A stretch of 31,367 bases of DNA from the NCBI GenBank assembly GCA_000934665.2, contig KZ538314.1, forward strand, positions 62,001 through 93,367, in the 5' to 3' direction. Under the pieces are notes generated by a model. It had not been told where the DNA came from, ran no database searches, and worked only from the letters and a program-made list of their open reading frames with translations. How positions within the stretch are numbered: the stretch's first letter is position 1; the number at the start of each line of letters is the position of its first letter. Of the stretch, positions 21,586 to 31,367 are shown piece after piece. A program made the translations under genes and the position numbers. The DNA comes from Catajapyx aquilonaris. Lineage: Eukaryota.

Positions 21586-23974
21586 CTAGATGGGATAAAA
21601 TGCAGATAATTAATTATACATTCGGTCATAGTGTCGACAATTCTATGTATAAACCAGCACATCCCACATTAATCGACAAAATTATTACTCGACCATTTTT
21701 ATCTATTGAAATGAAGCCTCTAAAATACAATTTTTTAAAAATATTTCTGTAAGTGCCTGCCAGGTCACGGAAAACACAATACATGTAACTCCATAATTTA
21801 TTATGATGTGCAAAATGCGGGAAACTGAATTTGTGCTCTTCGTGGAGACTGAAAATCAAAGAACTGTTTGATGAAACGCAGCCCCTGGCAACTCAATAAA
21901 AGGGCAACTGGCAATGAAAATTCCAAATATTAACTCTCGTTGGGTAATCAAAGCAGCAATCTTGCATCGATTTCAGAACTTCAAACAAGAGATTGGTTGA
22001 TCTAGTCAAACAATATAAGCATCGTCAAAATAGGACTCCTTAGTGCTTCGCCAGAAAGTTATTATTACTAGTTTCGTGTCTGTTCCAGGTAATATTGGAT
22101 TCTACCTAGTTGCAAGTAAAAAGCAACAGGTAATTATCAAACTTACAACAGAGGCGCAAGTATTACATAAAAATACAGTGTGCTTAATAACGATTGAGAC
22201 AAACTTTCAGGGTAGACTATCTTAGACAAGCTCGTGACCTAAATGCTGTACTATGAAAATTGCCCTGAGACATGTGAGAAGCTTAACAAAACCGGTGCTA
22301 AAACAATTCTTCTAAATATATATCAAGCTTATGTGGCATATCTTTTATCATCATCACGCGAAGTATTAATCAACATAGTGGAATGCGTTAATGTATTCCT
22401 ACAGGTCCACAGATAATCCAAAGTCCAAAAATACATCTTCATTATTTTCTGACGTCTTTTCCTTTTCCCGCAGTAATCCAATAAGGAGCTTTTGTTCGGG
22501 GGAAAAGTAGAGCAGGTTTTATTAATTTTACAAAAAAGGGAGAGTGGGCGGAATGCTTGATGCAAAAGAAAGACTTCAAAACAAAATCAGCCTCACAAGA
22601 CTGAAAACGTACTCTTATCACTACCAGTAGTGTTGTGACACCACACTCCCAAGAATATAAATCCAAGCCGATTCAAGCTGAATTAATCCAACTGTCAAAC
22701 TGCTAAAGCTCCTTCAACTTCTCCAGACGGAGCCTGATGTATGTGAAAGAGTTGCCAACAAATCTTTTACTGCCACTCTTTACTAAGCAACCGAAGTGAC
22801 TTACTCCATCTCAGTCAGAAACCACTCGTTAAATTCTTAAAGGAAGTACCTAAAACAATTTTCTATGTATTGCACTGTGAAGTATGACCACAGGAATGTC
22901 CACATTTCAGATACCTCATCATGACACGAACTATTTTCAACCCAAGCTATTCGTACTGATGGCCTGAAGAGAGCATTGCTCTCGAATATTGCAAAAAACC
23001 TAATCTTCCTTCTCGCATTGTTCAGAAGAAAAATCCTCACCCATCGACAAAGTGAAGTTACACACCAGCACAAGAGCTGTACTTGGCAGAGATTAATCTC
23101 CTCTGAGCAAAGAACTTGAATCCGCCTTGTCAATGTCCCCACACCTTTTTCTCCATGTCGAGGGTTTGCACCCGGTTCCATTTACGATCCCATAAAATAA
23201 ATGGACCACCAGGAAATCATTCCGCAGACCCCTGCGAAGAACTCCCCACCCTGTAGAAGCAATAAGAATTCGAAAGGTACTGCCGCACGTTTCGTTTTTC
23301 CCAAGATGCGCTCCTCATCACTGGATCTTTAATCCAAGGAATGACACATTTTATGCGCATTTTCGCCCCCCAAAAAATGCAATATCCTCATTCGTCTGTT
23401 CCGACTCGTAAAGCCCGATCCATAAAGAGAAGCTCGCCTTGCAAAGCATCTGGTGACACTAAATTTAATCTCCCTGATTACATTACATTTTTGGTGTCAG
23501 AGCCCTGAGAAGTGCCGGAGGAGTTTTTAGTGGGGGATTCTCCCCATCTTCTTTCCTATTCCTCTCTTATTCCCCGGAAGGTGAATCTGAAGTGGCACAA
23601 CCACCTTACCAGTGTATACTCGCGGATGCCAATTATATTTGCCTGAAGCTGCTGTGAGCGACACTGTATTTCATGCAGATTGCCTGCGAACTTGGCTCTC
23701 ACTCAACCACGGAGGAAGATTTCGGGGGGTCCTGTCCCATCTTGTCGCTGGCAAAAACGAATAAATCCGGACTTCCCTTGTCCCTATACACTAAAGCAAC
23801 CCCCTTCCTTTTCTATCTTCCTCCGTATTGATTCTTCCCGACATCAGCAGCACCTTTGCCGGAATATGTTTTCTTAGGAGAGAGCCTTGCCACATTCAGT
23901 TTCTTGTCGTGTTTATCGCTTGGTCCTCAGATATTAGCTACACGAGCACCTGACCACCCTGTGCAATGTGTCAA

Positions 23975-24387
23975 GACACTCCACTCAAAAACCAAGTTTG
24001 TCTCTAAAAATCGGGCAAAAAAATCCTGAATCCGACGGTGCAATTCGTTTTTCGCTACGCGGAACGGTAATCCCAGGGCGAGGTGTCAAAGTGTGTCGTC
24101 TGCTAATGAGAGGCGCCGCCACGCGGGGAACAGGGGAATTGGAGGGCTGCACCGCTCTGGGATGGGCCTAAGCGCGCGGGCAGGCGGGAGCAGCCCTCCA
24201 GTTCCCAAGGTCCCGAGGGCGTCGCTGGCGGACGGCCAGCTTCTAACGCACTATTTGAATTTCTCCACTTTGACCCCTCGCCCTGGGATTACCGTCCCGC
24301 GTAGCGTAAAACGGATTGTACCTTCGGATTCAGGATTTTTTGCCCGATTTTTAGAGTCAAACTTGGTTTTTGAGTGGAGTGTCCCTT
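23975..24387. mobile_element. Foldback MITE with about 118-bp terminal inverted repeats and a Kolobok/T2-like terminus
   Basis: The left arm (23975-24093) and right arm (24266-24383) are reverse complements, with about 7 mismatches and 1 indel by eye. The right end, ...AGTGTCCCCT|TTAA (TTAA at 24388-24391), fits Kolobok/T2-MITE ends (TTAA TSD, AGGRR termini). The left terminal bases and TSD are missing. No coding capacity. Confidence 0.85.
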
Positions 24388-27300
24388 TAAGGTTACAAAC
24401 CCATCGGCATGATGTGACAATCAGTATAGATGGAGTTAGTTGCGAGTTGGCAGCTTTGCCAAGTAGGTGTCAGAAGGCAGACCTGGGGAGGCTAGTTGTG
24501 TAGTCAGTCGTGAGACAGCCAGTCGAGTGAGACGACGCTAGTCTGATTTATAGGTTGTTGGCAACAGATAAATGTAAAGTAACCTAAGCAAGTCAGATCT
24601 TACCACAGTTCATGGCATACGGATATCCTGAAGGTGCATGTAAGCAAACTGTGTAAATAGTAACTTTCGGCTAATTTGCGGTTAGTATCTGGGAAATCCG
24701 TTATGCCTGGAGGTGTTGACATATTTCCGTCAAACAATCGCGATGTCTGCGACGGCATATCTGCATGAACCCCGTCCCATTCCTGGTGTCCCGGAATGGA
24801 AATCCTATAGACCCATTTCAGCAGTGGAAAACGCTGACTGGCCGGATAAGCCCAAAGATACGCAGTCAAAGGGCTCGTAAGTCCCGGTACGGAATAAATC
24901 GAGCGCATTACTCCAGCGATACAGTGCGAAGTGAGGGGGTTTTGGCTTCGACCTGGACCAGGCTCCCGCTCGACTTGCAAATTAATGCAGATCTTCCGGA
25001 AGTACCCCCCGAACACAAACTCACGCCCAAAACTTCTGCTTGGTACCCCCCCTTCTCTAATGTGCTCATTTCTTGCACACATTCCGGTCTCCGGATTCAT
25101 TACACGGAGCACCAACCACATGGGGCATGAAACCCACATGCGCTTTGATCTGGAGATCTGCCTTCATGAAAGATTCGGATTACACGCGCTCCTGAATATC
25201 TTACGTTTTTTTTCCGGGCTCAATTTATTCAGGAACGCAGCCAATTCCAAATAGGTTTTTTTTGTAAGGGGGAGGAGGGGAGATGATGTAAGCAGTATGA
25301 ATGAAACAACGCGTGTAGAACATTTTGGTTGTGTATATTGGAATCTTGGCATGAGTAAGGTCATCATATCGTCTAGACCGTTTTCTCAATGACCTTTTTC
25401 CGGAATAAATAAAGCATCCTAGCCCTATTACTATCCTGAGAAATTCAACAGTATGTTAGTGAGGAGGATTCAATGTTCCAATAAAAATCCAGGTTCGCAG
25501 TCGGAATCTTACGAAAATCCTTTTTGCTGCAATATAAAATCGAAATTCCTCTGTAACTTTTGTAGTAGATATGCTCATTTAAAGAGAGATGTTCCCAAAT
25601 GAGAAGTGCAAAATATATTGTTATTAGCTACATCCTTATAGGTCCTTTGTATATTTAGAACATTCCTCTTCTCAGATGGAGCTAGTGATGTTTTTACTGC
25701 GAAAGTTGCAAGGTCAGTTCGTCCCCTTGGGATCCGTTTATAGAAAGCAGGCAGTCACTAAACCTAAAGAAATAAACTCTCTGGCAGTTTTGACCACGTT
25801 ATTTTTTTACGAAGCTGAATTTCAATATGCCCAGGCGGTACGTGGCATTTTCTTTAAACTAATTAACTTTTTTTTTAGAAAACTGAATAATTTTGATAAC
25901 TACTTTCCGGATTTTTCAACGTGTCCTAGCACGTACACGTTTTATCACCGGAGTGAGTGCACATGTGGGATGTTCTGCACCATGATAAGGAACTTGCTTC
26001 GTCTTCATCCCTTCTGGAGGCTCATAACTTTCCATACAGGACGTGCATTAAGGCCACCTCCCAATCTCTTGCCTTCCCGGGAAATAGGGGAGACAGCAGG
26101 ACTTCCTCACCTGAGCTTCCCCACCGGTTCCATGAAAAAGGCCTATGCAAAAGCAGTGGGCGGATGCGTGGGAGTTACCTTTCCCAGGTAAAACGAGTGG
26201 GAGTATTCCCGGGATTTGGACGGCACACGCTATTTGTTCAAAGTTCTCAATATTCTATTTCCATGTGTCCCACTTTCCATTGCTCAATATTAAATCGTGC
26301 AGCAAGGACGCGATTTTCAGCAGTTACTTTTAGTGGATATCTATCAAGAGAGTGGACAAACTTCATACTAATTTTTTGGGCTCAGTTATCATCAGTGATG
26401 CAGAAAATCGTCCTAATACCAGCTTTAGGTTTCGGAATCTATGAATCGGCTCTCAGGCTCATCATTTTCCGCTCGATAAACTCTGTGGTAACTTTCCGTA
26501 TAAAGTCGTCCTGGCTGAGCCCAATTTGCATACAGCGAGTAATTCCCAGGGATTCCTCCACCCACGCCCCTTAGAAACACCGAGTGTAAATGGATTATTA
26601 GTCGCTCAAGTGTATACTGCCCTGTCACAACGCTCTATCTTGAAATTCAAATCACGGTTGTCTGCAATAAATCTCTGGCTTCCCCCTGGTTTGACAACCA
26701 GAAACGAAGCCAGAATCTATTGTGCTCATAAATTACAGGTCCCAGCGAAGGCAGAGGCCAACTTTGTGCAACTTGTTGGCCCCGCCCCATAAATTAATAG
26801 TTCGAGTAAGGGCCATGGGAGTATTGGGAATGTGGTGGTGGAAAATCATGCTTTGGGATCATGCATCTCATTGACAAAGCATATGTAGGCGAGTTGAGAA
26901 AGGGCATAAAACCGCCAGCACTATTTTTACTACTGCTTCCGGCAACATGATCGTAAATTTTTATGAGCAATGAATCGTTGGTTTTTTTTAAGAACAAACA
27001 TTTTATATCCCACTGTAACAAAAAAAATGTGAAGTGGCTGCCGAAAGTAAGCGGAAAAATTTGATAGAAATTGCCTTCTTCAAAGTGAGAACCTAAATCT
27101 CGGAGAAAGTTATTACAGGGTGTACAAAGGAGTGAATTATTCATGCTGAGGTGAGCGGCTGCTATAATGCTATCTCATGGTTATGGTCAGCTGGTGCCAC
27201 CGCAGAATTTCCCTTTCTTTATGGCGGTGATAAATAACTTCATTCATGTGGAAATGTCTCTGCTCCGAAATATAACTATCATAATATGGATGATAGCGTG

Positions 27301-30300
27301 ATGTAACTACATTCATGACACTAGATACTGGTAATCATGGTACATAATCATTATTACGTAAGTTTAATAAGACGAGACATTTCCCCTCTTCGCAGGCTCT
27401 ATTTTTACACCTCATAATTTATGACGTGTCAAAAAATTTTGTTTATGAGTTACTGTTGACGTCATATGCGCTTCATACACATGTCAGAATGGATTGTAAA
27501 ACAATCATTATTAGAAAATATGCGAGTGTCGCAATGCCTCACGAGAGTCTAAAAATGAGCTCAAGAGTCAAGACTACTGCATATCGTATGTGTAATAGTA
27601 ATATTAGGCCTACACATGGACAAAAGGATAGCTGTTTTCTCACCCTGTACACCATTTCTCAATCTTTCTTCAAGATAGTACATCCGACTTCTAATAGAAC
27701 AAATTCGGGACATTTCGCTAAAAAGGCAGAACTAAGTTCAAGAATACGTGAGTATCCTGGGTCAACCTAGACCAAAAACGAGTTCGCGAATTTGAATACA
27801 ATTGCAAACTTGCAAACAGCATTTAAAAATCATTGAATAATCTACTGGTCAACTATTAAATTAGGAACAACAGTAACCATTTCTGTACGAAGCCTGCTCA
27901 GATGACTAAGAACAGTTTGACATCGTTTTCAAACGTATGTAAAGGAAAACATGCATTTCAAACATGTTCAGCTTTCCTATTTGTTCACTTGGCGCAGGGC
28001 ATAAACTACATGTGAAATCCGCTAACGAATAGCGAAACAAATCCTCTCGACTAAAGCCTATAAATTCTCACCGAAACAACAACAAGAAGAAAGATGAATA
28101 TCACATTTCAGGATATAAATTATAATTTTGCTAGCAGACTTGCTGAAGCCTTAAATCCTTACACCAGCCTGTCCTTCGATAAGATGAATTCAAAGAAGCC
28201 TGTCAGTGGGAGATTCCTTGTCGATACATTTTACTCTCACATTTTGTTACAATCTGACGTATCAAAATCCAGCAGATTTTATACCTAGTACATACAGATA
28301 CCTACTGCCTACTGTTAAGTTATGCCCCTCCCCCCCGCCTTCCCAAACGGAATATAACTAGTTCATATAGCAATTTATTAACATGAAATGTCAACCACGA
28401 GTTTATGGCTTCTGCATGTTATTATCCTGCAAAACAATGGGAAAATATAGTGTGATCAAGCATTGGTCATCACACCATTCAACAATACCCCTATTATGAT
28501 TCTCAGCAATTTCAGGAAAGTGTGTCACTGAAGAAAGGCATAACAATGGAAACAAACAGTTCAGGCCCGAAGCGACATTATAAGTCACGAGCACAATTAG
28601 TCATAAACACCCTAATACGTTAAGTTAATGAAGCCTCCACATCCTCATAAATTTGCTCCTAGCCCTACTTTTGAGACCACGGGAAATCGCCCTTTAATTA
28701 AACCCAAGCAGAGTCTCGTCACTAAATCAGCATTGTGAATAACGGTTTCCTTTGTCTCTCCGTTAATCCGTAATCACAATGAAAGCACGAAACGGGCTCC
28801 AGTGTCTAGTAGTCCATAGGTAACACTCCAGGTGGCTTAACTGCAAATGTGAGCCAGAAAAAGCTCCTATCTACAGAGAGATCAAATACAACCCAGGTGA
28901 GGCTATAATGAGTCTTCTGCAGTTGTATATAGAGAATGCAGTGGAAGGGGATGGCCATAAATTTTCACACAAAAAAATTCATATTCAGACACCATAAAAA
29001 TCTGACTGTGGGAACAATAGGGGGCAGTGCGTTCCACGGTTTAGAATTGATCACACCCGTTCGTGCCCGCCAGTTTGGAAGCCGTTCCAGCTCTTTAATA
29101 AAATTACCCCCGGAAATTCCCGGCCAGTGGGGAATCCTCACTTCTGGCTACGAACACACAATTATCTCAAAGAGAGGCCAAAAGCATCTCTCCAACAAAA
29201 TCGAAAAGCGAGAGGAAGGGTCTGGGCCGATTCGGAAATAATTGAGTTTAAACGGTGGGAACTAATTCCGCGTTTAGTTAGGTGTTCGCTTCTGCACCGG
29301 TGGTGTTGGACCGCCCCCAATTTATAGCAAAATTCCAGGCTGCACGTGCGGAAAGGCTGTGTAAGTTGAGTAATTGTATTGCCTGCAGCCGCATACTACA
29401 TATTTGCATATTTGCTTTTGACTTTTTCGCGTCTACTGCAAATTCCGCACTATCTGTATCTATGAGCAAAACAATGTGATAGATAGTCATCATGGGTTAG
29501 ATTCAAGTAGTAATTCCATAAGCGTAAGTTTCACTGGTGGTTAGTTGGCATGCACATAAATCACATCCAATCTCAAAGGACCTCCATCCCCTACAGCAAT
29601 TTCCATAACTTCGAGCACAACGAAAACAACAAACTGGAAACAATGCAATCTTGGTGTAGCCTGGGAAAATGCTTAGTGCAACACTTAATTTATTCTGATG
29701 TGCTGGAGAGGCTAATCTGCTTTAGTATTTCGGTGGCATTCCTCTTCACTGCGAATGCACTTTGCCCCATATGGATTACACATGGTGTGAAAGCAACATC
29801 TACTGTATCAGATTATCCATCTCTGCTTTACCAGATTATGCGAGGCATTACATGTATCGCACGTTTCTGGCAGTAGTCAGATTACACGTCGTGCGCATGG
29901 AGAAGCTATTACGGAAGAGCTTTTTTATGGCTTATCGACAAACATTTGTCACCTGAACTCCGGCTGGCAAGACCCTACAAAACCCTACCCCCTGGATGAA
30001 ATATCGGGAACTCTGCTCGGGAAAAAAAAAACTTTCTGTAGGCGACCTCACGTGAAAGTTAAGGAAATGGTACGTTTCTCATGCTCACCAAACCCTCCGA
30101 ACCATGACTTATGACTGAAAACGATCAATAGATCTACTGCTGTCACTGTACTGACGAACTTTGTGGGGTCCTAAAGCATTCCTAACTAGACTGCGCCTCT
30201 GACGCCCGGGAACGGTCCACTCAAAGAATTCCTAGGCCGCATGTGGGAGGGAATTTCGAGGGGGCCAGGATGTAACAATCGCGGGAGAATTGGGAGGGGG

Positions 30301-31367
30301 GGGGACCATATTTTCAGTTTCCGATAAACAAGGCTGCCTGCCGCACATGAATCAATGCAAAAGCAGGAGAGGAGGAATTACATCCGCAGTACGCCTACAC
30401 ATAAAACAACCTGTATACATGCTGCGTAGGAGGAGAGTCATCACTTTCAATTATTATAGAAGTTTTGAGTGTCATATACAAAGTAGAATCACTGTTTTAG
30501 GTATAAGAATATAACGTACCCCAGATTGAAAAACTAGAAATGCAACATGCTCAATGTGCTGTTACAGCATTGTGACTGTAACAATTATTATCGACTTGCC
30601 ATCCGTCGACATGCAGGCCTGTACAGTGAACACATCAGTATGAATCATATTATAACTATCAGTTTATGACAAGGCCCAAATGAAGTTAAGCAATAAAACC
30701 AGGGTGCTAATTCTCTTATGTAATGCAGGCCATTATCACCTGACAGTTCCCACTAGCTTATTTTCATGCAAAATATCATGCCTTCCACTAGAGATATCCG
30801 TGTTATTAAAACCTTTTCAAAACTCTGCGGCATGAGAGTTCCAGATTCAAGATTTATTGCCTGGAATTCCGCATGAGTATACCGTGATTCCTGCCTATTC
30901 CGTTGCAAGTACCAGCCTAGACGTGTTATTGATGTAACCAGTCATATCAAATAACTTCTTCCAGAAGTTCCTACAGAGCAAATGGGTTTTTCGAGGCAGT
31001 GACAAACTGACTCATTTCAATGGCACAAAAAGGATATCTTACAAGGCAGTTTCCTTCTCCCATGACCAGTGACCACTACAGCACGGTATCTTTTTCCGAG
31101 TTTTAGATGTTTGCGAGTGGCCTGCGACATGGTCAGTCCATGTTCTCAGTGTATTCTTCAGTGGACTAGGCGGAAATATACGACGGTATATCAAAGAAGC
31201 CCTATCCGCTTCCGTTTGTATGTCTTATCGGTGCGTTTTTCCAAGTAGGTCACGGAATAATGGGATCTCCGAAATTTAGATGACAAAAAAATCTTCCGGG
31301 GTTAGTGTACATTATACGCTCGTATGTCCTTACAAGACTTTCCTGGAGAGAATTTGCTCTTAAGACT

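Noticed and set aside
23492..23504. Primer-binding-site-like TGGTGTCAGA
   Set aside because: Only a 10-nt match, with no adjacent identifiable LTR or gag ORF.
24410..24612. Possible solo LTR (TG...CA with weak terminal inverted repeats)
   Set aside because: No convincing TSD, no second LTR and no internal retroelement sequence.
26439..26569. Minus-strand exon-like frame AWVEESLGITRCMQIGLSQDDFIRKVTTEFIERKMMSLRADS*
   Set aside because: Weak AAG acceptor, no upstream partner exon found and no recognised homology.
25676..26574. Overlapping plus-strand ORFs of 171 and 205 aa
   Set aside because: Atypical composition, no domain and no codon bias; treated as chance ORFs in intronic DNA.

Overview
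Intron-rich animal genomic DNA, probably from an arthropod judging by protein similarity. Most entries in the ORF track are spurious, so the genes below were assembled exon by exon. The window holds: (1) the first coding exon of a canonical frequenin/NCS-1 gene on the minus strand (811-874), running off the left edge; (2) a 6-exon PPP1R36-like gene on the minus strand (4596-6478); (3) a second, complete and more divergent 7-exon frequenin/NCS-1 paralog on the plus strand (7496-10369), facing away from the first; (4) a nested transposon cluster at 14.1-15.9 kb, with three tRNA-derived SINEs sharing a structurally covarying core and a non-autonomous Helitron; (5) the last two exons (TM2-TM7) of a rhodopsin-class, FMRFamide-receptor-like peptide GPCR on the minus strand (20175-21585), with a candidate UGA-C stop-codon readthrough extension; and (6) a foldback MITE of about 410 bp with a Kolobok/T2-like end in the presumed upstream GPCR intron. 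Family assignments rest on recalled reference sequences, not database searches. I found no evidence of a wholly new biological system. The best leads are the frequenin duplication, the GPCR readthrough candidate and the structured SINE core.
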